Assembly: GCA_031316235.1 (NCBI GenBank)
Contig: JALDRA010000001.1
Location: 3,660,001 to 3,692,000, forward strand
DNA: 32,000 nucleotides
Direction: 5' to 3'
Source of the DNA: Candidatus Scalindua sp.
GTDB lineage: Bacteria; Planctomycetota; Brocadiia; Brocadiales; Scalinduaceae
Below the pieces are notes generated by a model. The model searched no databases, had not been told where the DNA came from, and worked only from the letters and a program-made list of their open reading frames with translations. Of this stretch, positions 15,572 through 25,164 are shown in pieces. A program made the translations under genes and the position numbers. Every line of letters starts with the position of its first letter. Positions within the stretch are counted from its first letter, which is position 1.

Positions 15572-17360
15572 TGTCATTTTTTGTCGCATAAATAACGAGG
15601 GACAGTATTAAGGCTAAACCTATATAATTGGCGATAACAAGAGTTCTCTCACTGACAGGTGAACCTTTAATCTTTTCAATTCCAATGAACAGGAGATGCC
15701 CTCCATCCAAAACCGGGACGGGCAGAATATTTAGAACGGCAAGATTGATACTGATGATAGCGAGGAAATACACTAGTTTCCCGATGCCGGATTTTGCAGA
15801 TTCATAAGAAGCCTGTGCAATGAGCACAGGGCCTCCAAGTGCTTTTGTTGACAATTTCTGGGAAACAAATCCCTGCAGAGTTAAATAAATTCTCTTGATA
15901 TTTATTATTGCTTTCTGGGTGCCAACCACGCACGACAGTAACAGGCCGTATTTTCGTGTTATCTTCTTCTCTTTTAATCTTATTCCCATCCGTCCCTGAG
16001 CACTTTCTTCGCTTTTAATCGGAATAATCTGTTCTACCATTTTTTCATTACCGCGTGTCCATGCAATCTCCATTTGCTCGCCCTTACTTGCTGCAATAAC
16101 CTGTAACAGATCTTCCCATCTCGTCATCGCCTCACCATTGAGTGACACGATTTTGTCTCCCGGCTTAATACCTGCTTTTTCTGATGGAAAGCCTTCTACC
16201 GTAGCATCAACTGTGAGTCCGTAGCTTGGGGTAAACCCTTCCAGAAATTCCTGGACAGTTTCTTCACCTGATTTGTTGAACTCAATCAACTTGGTGCTGT
16301 GACTTCTGATTATCTCCAACTCAATTTTTCCATCAGGCAGACTTGTTATGGTATTCACGAATTCTGAGTACCCTGCAACAGATTGTGAATTTACTTTAAC
16401 GATTTCATCACCTTTGTTGAGTCCAATAGAATTTGCCAGACAATCATACTTTATGCTATCAATCTTTAATGTTGTGCAGGAAAGACCGATCATCCACCTG
16501 GTGTCAACTGATGGCGTAATCTTCAGGTCAAGTTTTCTGTCGTCACGTAAAACCGATAGAACCAGTTCTTTTCCCGGGTTTGAACGTTCAAGTTCTCTGA
16601 ATTCATTTTCTGTTGAAATACCTGTACCATTAACCGCAATTATGGTGTCCCCAATTTCCAAGCCGGCTTCTTGAGCCGGTGCATCTGAATCCCCAAATGA
16701 AAAAATCTTACCTACTTCCAGACTGGTTGCTGGAGCGATTCCAATGCGCTGAATACCAAGTGTTGGATCAAATCTGGGGATAATACGTACATCTTGTATC
16801 TTCCCGTCTCTTTCCAGTTCTACATTGAGACCTTCAGAAGAATTATTGAGAGCAATAGAGACAAAGACATCCTCAAAATCAGGATTAGAGATATTATTTA
16901 CCCTGGTGATTTTGTCTCCAGGTAGAATACCTGCCTCCCAGGCAGGCCATCCCGGTATGACCTGACCTATTTCTGATGTAACAAAAGGTACCCCTATCCG
17001 GAAAGCGATGATAAAGGCGACAAAGGCAAAGATTGTATTACAGGTGACACCGGCGACGAGTACGGCGGCACGCTGTCCAGGTCTCTTGGATGAAAATTCC
17101 CCTTCATCACCGGTACACGATTCATCTTTTTGCTCACCGGCAAGTTTAACGTATCCCCCCAGAGGAAAGAGAGAAAGTCGGTAGTCTGTCTCTCCTATTT
17201 TTTTCCTCAGTATGGCTGGACCAAATCCCAATGAAAATGCGAGAACCCGTACACCAATTTTTTTTGCTACCAAAAAATGACCAAGTTCATGAACAAAAAT
17301 GAGTAGCCCTATCCCAGCGATTACTAAAATAACATTAGTTGATATACCTATAAAAGGCAT
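15546..17360 (-). CDS. rseP: RIP site-2 zinc metalloprotease RseP (M50) with four PDZ-like segments
   Basis: HELGHF (HExxH) at the N-terminus and NILPVPVLDGGHL near the C-terminus. Four GDxIxxVN-type PDZ motifs: GDKITRVNN, GDTIIAVNG, GDEIVKVNS, GDKIVSLNG. Confidence 0.9.
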   Translation of the reverse strand: MPFIGISTNVILVIAGIGLLIFVHELGHFLVAKKIGVRVLAFSLGFGPAILRKKIGETDYRLSLFPLGGYVKLAGEQKDESCTGDEGEFSSKRPGQRAAVLVAGVTCNTIFAFVAFIIAFRIGVPFVTSEIGQVIPGWPAWEAGILPGDKITRVNNISNPDFEDVFVSIALNNSSEGLNVELERDGKIQDVRIIPRFDPTLGIQRIGIAPATSLEVGKIFSFGDSDAPAQEAGLEIGDTIIAVNGTGISTENEFRELERSNPGKELVLSVLRDDRKLDLKITPSVDTRWMIGLSCTTLKIDSIKYDCLANSIGLNKGDEIVKVNSQSVAGYSEFVNTITSLPDGKIELEIIRSHSTKLIEFNKSGEETVQEFLEGFTPSYGLTVDATVEGFPSEKAGIKPGDKIVSLNGEAMTRWEDLLQVIAASKGEQMEIAWTRGNEKMVEQIIPIKSEESAQGRMGIRLKEKKITRKYGLLLSCVVGTQKAIINIKRIYLTLQGFVSQKLSTKALGGPVLIAQASYESAKSGIGKLVYFLAIISINLAVLNILPVPVLDGGHLLFIGIEKIKGSPVSERTLVIANYIGLALILSLVIYATKNDIMRIFQVL

Positions 17361-18496
17361 TTTTTTGTCTCCTTACGTGCATAATCATCAGCAAGCATGA
17401 TATCTTTCATATCAGGGTCTTGGATAAAGGTATGTTTCTGCATAACCTTATCGACCAGTGTTGCGATATCTGTAAATTTAATTTTTCTGTCTAGAAACGC
17501 CTGAACGGCTATCTCATTAGCAGCATTGAGCGTAACGCCGGAGGTGCCACCTTTTTCCGCTGCTTCATATCCTAATTTTAACGCTGGGAATTTATCCATA
17601 TCAGGTTTCAAGAATGTGAGATTTGCAAGTTTGGCAAGATCAAGATTTTCAACATTACCGTTCTCCCTGTGAGGATAAGTTAATGCAAACTGGATCGGTA
17701 CTTTCATACTCGGTAGACCCATCTGGGCAATAACAGAACCATCACAAAATTCAACAAGTGAATGTATAATTGATTCGGGGTGTATGATAACGTCGATCTG
17801 TGTTGTCTCTAGATCGAAAAGCCATTTTGCCTCAATAATTTCTAATGCTTTGTTCATCAATGTGGCAGAATCTATTGTTATTTTCTGTCCCATTTTCCAG
17901 GTTGGATGCTTAAGGGCCTCTTCTAAGGTAACCTCGGAGAGATTTTCTTTGGGATAATTACAAAATGGGCCTCCGGAAGCAGTAATGATAACTCTTTTTA
18001 CCTCATTTGGTTTTCCGGCCATCAGGGCTTGGAATATTGCACTATGCTCACTGTCTACGGGAAGGATTTGCACACCTTTCTCTTTTGCCATCGACATAAT
18101 CAGGTTTCCAGCCATAACCAGCGCCTCTTTGTTTGCAAGTGCCAATGTCTTGCCCGTTCTGATTACTTCAATAGCTGCTGGGAGACCCGCTGCACCAACA
18201 ATTGCAGAAATAACAATGTCTGCATCTTCTTGTGAGATTATTTCACATACACTCTCTTTGCCTTTACGGATATGAACAGACTTTTCAGACACTTTTTTTT
18301 GTAAATCACCCAACCACTTTTCCTCGACAAGAGAAACGCTTCTTGGTTTAAATTCATTAATCTGCTCCGCCAAGATATCCCAGCGGGAGTTTGCAGACAA
18401 ACCTACAACCTTAAATTGATGGCGAAGATTCCTTATAACTTCCAAGGCACTTGTTCCTACTGAACCGGTTGATCCCAGAATAATCACATTTTTCAT
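17348..18496 (-). CDS. dxr: 1-deoxy-D-xylulose 5-phosphate reductoisomerase
   Basis: ILGSTGSVGTSALEV NADPH-binding N-terminus, LPVDSEHSAIFQ motif, full length. Overlaps the rseP start by 13 nt. Confidence 0.95.
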   Translation of the reverse strand: MKNVIILGSTGSVGTSALEVIRNLRHQFKVVGLSANSRWDILAEQINEFKPRSVSLVEEKWLGDLQKKVSEKSVHIRKGKESVCEIISQEDADIVISAIVGAAGLPAAIEVIRTGKTLALANKEALVMAGNLIMSMAKEKGVQILPVDSEHSAIFQALMAGKPNEVKRVIITASGGPFCNYPKENLSEVTLEEALKHPTWKMGQKITIDSATLMNKALEIIEAKWLFDLETTQIDVIIHPESIIHSLVEFCDGSVIAQMGLPSMKVPIQFALTYPHRENGNVENLDLAKLANLTFLKPDMDKFPALKLGYEAAEKGGTSGVTLNAANEIAVQAFLDRKIKFTDIATLVDKVMQKHTFIQDPDMKDIMLADDYARKETKKCLL

Positions 18497-18514
18497 TTTT
18501 CTCGATTTTGCCCG

Positions 18515-19570
18515 TTATGACTGTAAAGACTCTATCTCTTCAAGCAGTGTGGAAACCATCTCGCTTTCAGGAATTTTTCGTATTTTTTCTCCTTTTCGAA
18601 ACAGAAAACCAAACCCGTTTCCTCCAGCAATCCCGATATCTGCGTCCATTGCCTCTCCCGGACCATTAACAACGCAACCCATAACGGCAATTTGCATAGA
18701 TTGCTTATTTGATGGAAGACGTCTTTTTACTTCGTCAACAATCTTCACGAGATCTATTTCACAACGTCCACACGTAGGACATGATAGAATTTCAGCTTGG
18801 TTACTTTTCGCCAGACCGATGGCCCTCAATATCTTATATCCATCTATTACTTCTTGATGCGGAGAGCCTGTGTATGATACTCTTAGCGTATCACCAATCC
18901 CTTCTGAAAGAAGTCCTCCAATGCCAACTGCTGATTTTATGACGGCGTCTTCAGGAGCGCCTGCAGCTGTTACACCGAGATGCAAAGGATAATCACATTG
19001 CCCCGCTATAGATCGATATGCCTGCATGGTCTTTTGGACATCCGATGCCTTCAGAGAAATTATAATATCTTTAAAGCCTAATGATTCAAAATGTTCACAA
19101 TATCGTAATGTTGTATTAACCATTAATTCGACCAGATCTGCCCCCTCTTCTCTCTGGTCTCTGATTGAACCTGAATTAACACCTATTCGAATAGGTGTTC
19201 GTTTCTTTTTTGCCAAACGCACAATTTCTTCCAGCTTATCCTTTTTTTTCATATTTCCAGGGTTGATCCGTATTTTATCAACTCCCTGATTAATTGCTTC
19301 CAGGGCAAGATTGTGTCCAAAATGGATATCTGCAACTAGTGGAATATGGATCCTCTTTTTTATTTCTCCCAGGCACTTGACCGCTTTGATATCTGGTACG
19401 GCAACCCTTATAATATGGCATTTGAGGGTCTCTAATTCATGGATCTGATGTACGGTTGATTCGATATTGTCTGTATGAGTCTTTGCCATTGATTGAATAG
19501 AGACAGGAGCATTTGCACCGATTTCTACTGAACCAACGGAGACTAATCTTGATTTGCGGCGTGTTATCAC
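18515..19570 (-). CDS. ispG: 4-hydroxy-3-methylbut-2-en-1-yl diphosphate synthase (IspG/GcpE)
   Basis: RRKSRLVSVGSVEIGANAPVSIQSM N-terminal block, CPTCGRC cluster motif and GCVVNGPGE. The longest ORF uses TTG 19660 and adds 30 non-conserved residues. GTG 19570 gives a canonical N-terminus. The start remains uncertain. Confidence 0.9.
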   Translation of the reverse strand: MITRRKSRLVSVGSVEIGANAPVSIQSMAKTHTDNIESTVHQIHELETLKCHIIRVAVPDIKAVKCLGEIKKRIHIPLVADIHFGHNLALEAINQGVDKIRINPGNMKKKDKLEEIVRLAKKKRTPIRIGVNSGSIRDQREEGADLVELMVNTTLRYCEHFESLGFKDIIISLKASDVQKTMQAYRSIAGQCDYPLHLGVTAAGAPEDAVIKSAVGIGGLLSEGIGDTLRVSYTGSPHQEVIDGYKILRAIGLAKSNQAEILSCPTCGRCEIDLVKIVDEVKRRLPSNKQSMQIAVMGCVVNGPGEAMDADIGIAGGNGFGFLFRKGEKIRKIPESEMVSTLLEEIESLQS

Positions 19571-19755
19571 GTATTCAAAAACCCTTAAAAGGACTATTCC
19601 GAGAAAATACAAAGATTTACGATTAACGATTATATAGTGCAGATGGTTCCAGTCAAACAAAAATATTTACTGAATTTATTATAACAGTGAGAGATTCTTC
19701 CTCAAGAGATAACAATACAAAAACACTTGACACTTTTGGATCGGTATTTATGATA

Positions 19756-20018
19756 ATATACTGAAAGCGTTTTGGTTTTAGATTTTTCTGAAACCAGAGC
19801 CTGGTTGCTGGTATCCCCGGACAAAAACGCCGAGAACTTTACTCGCTCCGGTTTTTCCCGGATTTTTCCGAAAACCATTGCGGAGTTGAGGAGCAACATT
19901 GAAAATGGATGTCTGTTCAAACTCCTTGTTCGCCCCGTCTGTGGCGGCACAAACCGTTGTTCCTCAACTCCGCATTCGCACCGCCGCAGGCGGGGCGAAT
20001 ATTATGATTAGTATATAC
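19756..20018 (+). repeat. Intergenic structured repeat, copy E (long variant with two extra modules)
   Basis: Left end ATATAC (19756-19761). Module-1 stem GTTTTGGTTT (19769-19778) pairs with AAACCAGAGC (19791-19800). The central hexamer is split by a 26-nt insert (19815-19840). A diverged module 2 is followed by an additional GC-rich module of about 118 nt. Right end GTATATAC (20011-20018). Confidence 0.8.
19880..19997 (+). other. GC-rich module with two interleaved long inverted repeats (candidate structured RNA or switch), nested in copy E
   Basis: Stem 1 pairs 19880-19897 with 19956-19973 (18 bp, one G-T). Stem 2 pairs 19931-19947 with 19981-19997 (17 bp, two G-T). The arms are interleaved in the order S1-5', S2-5', S1-3', S2-3'. 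All non-Watson-Crick positions are G-U compatible on the + strand only. Confidence 0.45.
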
Positions 20019-20078
20019 AGATGAATAATTCAGTACTCTGACAGATTTTAATTTTATCAAACAGATTGGAGAAATGTA

Positions 20079-21419
20079 TTGGCTGCACACAGAATTGATA
20101 CCCCTGTTGAAGCTTCAGCTGGAAGTTCCCAATTGCAGGCAGAGGGTGCATCAAGACAGAAAAGGGAACAGAAAAATAAACCGTGGATGAATCCTACTCG
20201 GTTCAGGTGGATTTCTCAGATCATTTTTATGATTGTTGTAATATATATAGGATGTCAGTTCTATTTTTTTGTACGTTACTGTGAAAGTGGTGGTACCACC
20301 ACTTTTTTTTCAAGGCCACCAGGGATAGAGGCCTTTTTACCCATAGGTGCCTTTATGAGTCTCAAGTATTTCTTAGGGATGGGGAAAGTTGATCCTGTAC
20401 ATCCTGCGGGTTTTATAATCTTTGCCTCGATATTACTTACATCATTCATGTTTCAAAGGGGTTTCTGCAGCTGGATATGTCCGGTAGGCACCATATCTGA
20501 ATGGGCATGGAGATTGGGAGATCGGATAAAATCAAAATTCAATAAGACCGTCAGGTATTGGATCGAGATGTTTCCGGTTAAACTCACATGCGGTTTAAGC
20601 ATGATAACAACTCCTATCATCATATTGATGATCCTTGAAGTTATCAGCTTCAGCTCTTTCAAATCTCTTTACATCACCTCTCACACTTTATTTTATGTCA
20701 TGATCTCTTTTATGGGTATAGCCCTGATCGCACCCTTTGCTCTTCCAAGGAAACTATGGCCGGCCCGCCTTGAAGATTCTATTGCACGAGCCTGGAAATA
20801 TTCTATTTTCGCTTTTTTCGCAGTCTCTATTTTAATCAAGATACCGGCAAAACAGCTTGAGGCTATCTTTACTCGTGCACCATACATGAAGGTTGCAGAG
20901 GTTATGATGTTAAATTTTTTCCGTAACCTTTCACTGCTTGCCATAATCGTCTTGTCACTACTTTTTCTCTTTACTCTATTCAATAAGAATTACTGGTGCC
21001 GTTATTTTTGTCCTTATGGTGCAATCGTCGGTGTCCTGGGGTGGGCGAGTTCTTTTAGAATTGTAAGAGACAGTAAATTGTGTATAGATTGTGGTAAGTG
21101 TACAAAGGCGTGTCCTGTTTTTATTGAGGTTGACAAGAAGCGGACTGTATATAGCCAGGAGTGTTGGGCCTGTTACGACTGCGTTGAGGTATGTCCGGTA
21201 AGCGGTGCTCTTGATATGAAGATTGTGGGGATTGGTAAGAAGGTGCACTATGCTGTTTACGCAGCTCTTTCAGTTGGGTTATTCGTTATTTTTATGAATA
21301 CGGCACGTTTTACCGGATATTGGTATAATAGTGTAACGTTAGACGAATACATGTACCGGATTTCCGAAATCGATGACCCGAAGTATAAACATAAGCAGGG
21401 GAAATTTGAAATTGAATAA
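20079..21419 (+). CDS. Integral-membrane polyferredoxin (NapH/MauN/NosH-like, 2x CX3CP + 2x [4Fe-4S] motifs)
   Basis: CSWICPVG and CRYFCPYG motifs, several TM helices, and C-terminal CIDCGKCTKACP and CWACYDCVEVCP. TTG 20079 lies 7 nt after GGAG (20068-20071). An alternative start is ATG 20187. Confidence 0.8.
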   Translation: MAAHRIDTPVEASAGSSQLQAEGASRQKREQKNKPWMNPTRFRWISQIIFMIVVIYIGCQFYFFVRYCESGGTTTFFSRPPGIEAFLPIGAFMSLKYFLGMGKVDPVHPAGFIIFASILLTSFMFQRGFCSWICPVGTISEWAWRLGDRIKSKFNKTVRYWIEMFPVKLTCGLSMITTPIIILMILEVISFSSFKSLYITSHTLFYVMISFMGIALIAPFALPRKLWPARLEDSIARAWKYSIFAFFAVSILIKIPAKQLEAIFTRAPYMKVAEVMMLNFFRNLSLLAIIVLSLLFLFTLFNKNYWCRYFCPYGAIVGVLGWASSFRIVRDSKLCIDCGKCTKACPVFIEVDKKRTVYSQECWACYDCVEVCPVSGALDMKIVGIGKKVHYAVYAALSVGLFVIFMNTARFTGYWYNSVTLDEYMYRISEIDDPKYKHKQGKFEIE

Positions 21420-21732
21420 TCCATTTCATAATTTTTGTTATTGGTATTGCAGATGAACCTGTTAAGGAAATTGCAGATAATGTTCATATCCTGACTGAAA
21501 ATGCAGATGTTATACGCGGAAATTGGATATCGATTGTCACAAATACGGCAATCCATATTTCCCTGATTGCCGAAGAGATTCCTTCCCGGAAACAGCATGA
21601 AAGATATGTTGGGTTCTACATAAACAGCAGGGCGGTAACCGAAAGAGCCATAGGGATTTTGAGAAGTAATAATGTGTTGAGCCGTGAAATAGCATTTGGC
21701 AAACAAACTTTTTTTGACATCTAATGCATTAA

Positions 21733-22431
21733 ATGACCGATTCCAAATTTACTGTCCTTGCCGTAAGCCCGCATCCTGACGATGTTGAGTGTGGAATGGG
21801 TGGCAGCGTCATCAAACTTCTCAGGCTTGGCCACAAAGTTCATGTTGTTGATCTTACAAATGGCGAACCGACACCACATGGCGAGCCGGAATTGAGGAGG
21901 AAAGAATGTGAAATGGCTACCAATTTATTGAGTTTAACCAGCAGAATTACTTTAAACTTTCCCAACCGCTACTTGTTTGATAATGTTGAAGCGAGAAAAA
22001 AAGTTGCTGAGATTATCCGGAAGATAAAGCCCGAGATACTATTTCTCCCATATTGGGAAGATGCTCACCCTGATCATGTACAGGCGGCACTGATAGGTGA
22101 GGCTGCAAGGTTTTATGCCAAGCTCACCAAGACTGATATGGCTGGAGATCCCTGGTACCCGAGGCGTATTTTTTATTATCAATCGACCCATTTAAAAGTT
22201 CAGTTTACTCCCGCATTCATTCTTGATATCAGTGATGATTTTGAAAAAAAGGTTGAAGTAGTCAAATTGTATACGTCTCAATTTGCATTCTCTGATGATA
22301 AATGGGACGGTGTGAGTGGTTTGCTTCATGCGTACGGAAACTATTACGGTGAACTCATTGGAACTCGGTATGGAGAACCCTTTGCCTGCCGGGAAAAGAT
22401 AGGCTTAAGAGATATTGGAGGAATACTATAA
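21733..22431 (+). CDS. PIG-L/LmbE family N-acetylglucosaminyl deacetylase (BshB1-like size)
   Basis: LAVSPHPDDVECGMGG and HPDH zinc-binding motifs. 232 aa. Confidence 0.85.
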   Translation: MTDSKFTVLAVSPHPDDVECGMGGSVIKLLRLGHKVHVVDLTNGEPTPHGEPELRRKECEMATNLLSLTSRITLNFPNRYLFDNVEARKKVAEIIRKIKPEILFLPYWEDAHPDHVQAALIGEAARFYAKLTKTDMAGDPWYPRRIFYYQSTHLKVQFTPAFILDISDDFEKKVEVVKLYTSQFAFSDDKWDGVSGLLHAYGNYYGELIGTRYGEPFACREKIGLRDIGGIL

Positions 22432-22628
22432 ATAGATGCTTCCCTTGAATGTGGGTAAATTACCCGCTCCGCTCCCTGGAGATTTAATCCGGTCTATTAC
22501 GTGCAGTGACGCAGTTTGGTAGTTTCTGTTCTCCAACCAGGTAGTGTCTTCTATGGAATTATCTGGGATTTATGCCTTCAACTGTTTTTTTCTCTTGAAC
22601 GCAGCACAATATCCATCAGACTTTTACC

Positions 22629-22657
22629 TTGACATAACGTCGTGTTATCTTTAAGAT
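22629..22657 (+). promoter_or_regulatory. Candidate sigma-70 promoter (TTGACA-17 nt-TAAGAT)
   Basis: TTGACA at 22629-22634, an exact 17-nt spacer, then TAAGAT at 22652-22657. It sits about 290 nt upstream of the hflK start, inside a 519-bp stretch with no credible ORF. Confidence 0.3.
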
Positions 22658-22950
22658 CCGTAAAAGAAACGGAGGATGCTTTGCGAGGGATTTATAAAGT
22701 ATTCCTTAATAAGGCCTGTTTTTATATGCATGCTGGTAAAATAAACATTGAAGTACCGCTGTCAATCTGTTATAGTGAATAGCGTCCAATCGAAGCGGAC
22801 TCAGGTTTTATGGGTGAGAGTAAGGGATAGACATCTACTGTTGGCTTGAACAGGCGCAAGGGGCATCGGGAGCATGATGAATTTGGGTAAAGAGAGGCAG
22901 ATGTATTTATTATTACTTACCTTTGTTTTTGAAGTATAACTGCAATTATT

Positions 22951-23952
22951 ATGAGTGACGACTATAACAGAAGGCAACCAGATTTCAAATTTGATAACTT
23001 GCAGCTTGAACCCTTCAAGAAGTATTTAATTCCTGCTGCGATTATACTTGTTGCTGTCATCATAGGATTTTCTTCATTCTATACCATAAAGGCGAATCAG
23101 GAGGCAGCGATATTAAGGTTTGGCCGGTATGTGAAAACTGTTGGCCCGGGATTACATGGTAAGTTGCCATTTGGTATTGACAGGGTATACATCGGTGAGG
23201 TAAAGCGGATTTATAATGAAGAATTTGGTTACAGGACCTTGCGGTCTGGTAAGGAAACTGTAATAGATTATGATTTCAGAGGTGCTAAAGATGTTTCCCT
23301 GATGCTGACGGGTGACAGGAACTGTTCAGTAGTCAATTGGGTTGTAAGGTACAAAATTAAGGACTTAAGGGCCTTTCTTTTCAATGTAAGAAATGTAAAG
23401 GACACCATAAGAGATGTTTCTGAGTCAGTAATGAGAACAACCATAGGTGATAGGTCAATAGATGAGGTCCTTACGATAGGAAGAAGGGAAATTGAAGATA
23501 TTGCCAGAGAAGAGATGGAGCATCTCCTTGATTCATATGGTTGCGGTATAGATATACAGGTGGTCAATTTAAAGGGCGTTGATCCTCCAGCCCAGGTAAA
23601 AGACGCATTCGATGCTGTTAATAAAGCTGTTCAGATGAGAGAACAGATTATTAATGAAGCTGAAGGGAAAAAGAATAAGGTGATACCCGCTGCCAGAGGT
23701 AAGAAAGAGCAGGTGATTATGGAAGCTGAGGGGTATAAAGTTAAGAGAATAAATGAGGCAACCGGTGACACCAAGGCATTTCTTGCGGTCTTGAGAGAGT
23801 ACGAAAAGGACAAAGATGTGACAAGGCGAAGGCTTTATCTTGAAACGATGTCAAAAGTGATCCCGGAATGTGAGGAGATCTATATTATTGATAAGGACCA
23901 GAAAGGTATTCTGCCGTTTCTTAACCTGGGAGAAAGAAAATTATCACAATGA
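22951..23952 (+). CDS. hflK: FtsH protease modulator HflK (SPFH/band-7)
   Basis: N-terminal TM helix, SPFH core (AAILRFGRYVKTVGPGLHGKLPFGIDRVY), and a C-terminal coiled coil. Coupled to hflC by a 4-nt overlap. Confidence 0.9.
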   Translation: MSDDYNRRQPDFKFDNLQLEPFKKYLIPAAIILVAVIIGFSSFYTIKANQEAAILRFGRYVKTVGPGLHGKLPFGIDRVYIGEVKRIYNEEFGYRTLRSGKETVIDYDFRGAKDVSLMLTGDRNCSVVNWVVRYKIKDLRAFLFNVRNVKDTIRDVSESVMRTTIGDRSIDEVLTIGRREIEDIAREEMEHLLDSYGCGIDIQVVNLKGVDPPAQVKDAFDAVNKAVQMREQIINEAEGKKNKVIPAARGKKEQVIMEAEGYKVKRINEATGDTKAFLAVLREYEKDKDVTRRRLYLETMSKVIPECEEIYIIDKDQKGILPFLNLGERKLSQ

Positions 23953-24923
23953 AACCACGTGTACAAATTCTGGTAATGACTGTGCTTATAGTTGTTGTGG
24001 TAGCTGTGATCATAGGTGCCAACGCATGCTACATAGTAGACGTGAAAACGCAGGCGGTAGTAACTCAATTCGGTAAACCTGTGAGAACAGTGAAAGAAGC
24101 CGGTTTGCATCTAAAAGCCCCATTTATACAAGTAGTGAAATATTTTGACAATAGGATTATAGAGTGGGATGGAGAACGGAACGATATTTTAACAAGAGAC
24201 AAGGAAAATATTGGAGTCAGCACGTGGGCAAGATGGAGGATCGTAGACCCACTGATATTTTATACATCTCTGGGTTTCGAAGACCGAGGGCAGGGAATGC
24301 TCGATGAAGTTATAGAGTCAGCAGTAAAAAACGTTGTCAGTGAATACCCCTTAGACGAGATCCTCAGGGATACAAATCGAAAACTTACCTATACTACAGA
24401 AGAGCTGGAGAAGGCTGAGCTGCAAAAGAAAATCTATATCAATAAGGGGAGAACAAACCTGGTCGAAAAGATTCTAGCGATGGCAGATGAGAGCTTAAAG
24501 GAGAGATATGGATTGGAACTGCTCGATGTAAGGATTAAGTACATTAACTATGTGTCGGCAGTCATACCCAAGATTTTCGATAGGATGCGTTCTGAAAGGA
24601 TGAGAATAGCGAGCAAATACGAATCTGAAGGCAGGAGGGAAGAAGCAGAAATATTAGGTCAGATGAAGAAAGAGCTGGAGGGAATCGAATCTGAAGGCTA
24701 CAAGGTTGCTGTAGAAACCAAGGGTGTGGCGGATGCTGAAGCAATCAGGATTTATGCTGACGCATACAAAAAAGCTCCTGAATTCTATACTTTTGCAAAG
24801 ACCCTTGAGACATATGAGAAAACAATCAACAAAAAGACCCGTTTGATTTTGAGCACTGACAGCGATTATTTTCAGTTTCTAAAGGGCTCTCAGGGAACCG
24901 AGAGCAATGAGAAGACTGAATGA
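23949..24923 (+). CDS. hflC: FtsH protease modulator HflC (SPFH/band-7)
   Basis: TM helix, then VVTQFGKPVRTVKEAGLHLKAPFIQVVKYFDNR, typical of HflC. The ATGA overlap with hflK is also typical. Confidence 0.9.
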   Translation: MKPRVQILVMTVLIVVVVAVIIGANACYIVDVKTQAVVTQFGKPVRTVKEAGLHLKAPFIQVVKYFDNRIIEWDGERNDILTRDKENIGVSTWARWRIVDPLIFYTSLGFEDRGQGMLDEVIESAVKNVVSEYPLDEILRDTNRKLTYTTEELEKAELQKKIYINKGRTNLVEKILAMADESLKERYGLELLDVRIKYINYVSAVIPKIFDRMRSERMRIASKYESEGRREEAEILGQMKKELEGIESEGYKVAVETKGVADAEAIRIYADAYKKAPEFYTFAKTLETYEKTINKKTRLILSTDSDYFQFLKGSQGTESNEKTE

Positions 24924-25164
24924 CATCTTCTCAGCAGACAGTTGAGGAAAAGACAGCTTCAAAATCAGGAGTTCTTTCTTTTACTGCAGGTCTTGGCAGT
25001 TAGTATTCATGAAGCTGACCTTACCTCTAACCCGCATACACTTCACAGCAGCTTCGAAATAGATCATTTCTAAATAAGTAGTGTAATAACACTTTCAATC
25101 CACTGATATTACGGCTTTCTTTCTGGAGCAGGAAGACCTGATATGCCTATCATTCATAAACAAT

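Noticed and set aside
20074-20190. 38-codon upstream ORF whose TGA overlaps ATG 20187 of the polyferredoxin frame (ATGA coupling)
   Set aside because: Its ATG is only 2 nt from the GGAG. That same GGAG is ideally spaced for the in-frame TTG 20079 of the main ORF. The peptide has no notable features.
21257-21706. 149-aa minus-strand ORF in the ORF track
   Set aside because: It uses a TTG start and has a Cys/Asn/Ile-rich low-complexity sequence with no recognisable motif. Its 3' third overlaps the well-supported polyferredoxin CDS on the opposite strand. It is most likely a chance ORF in AT-rich DNA.
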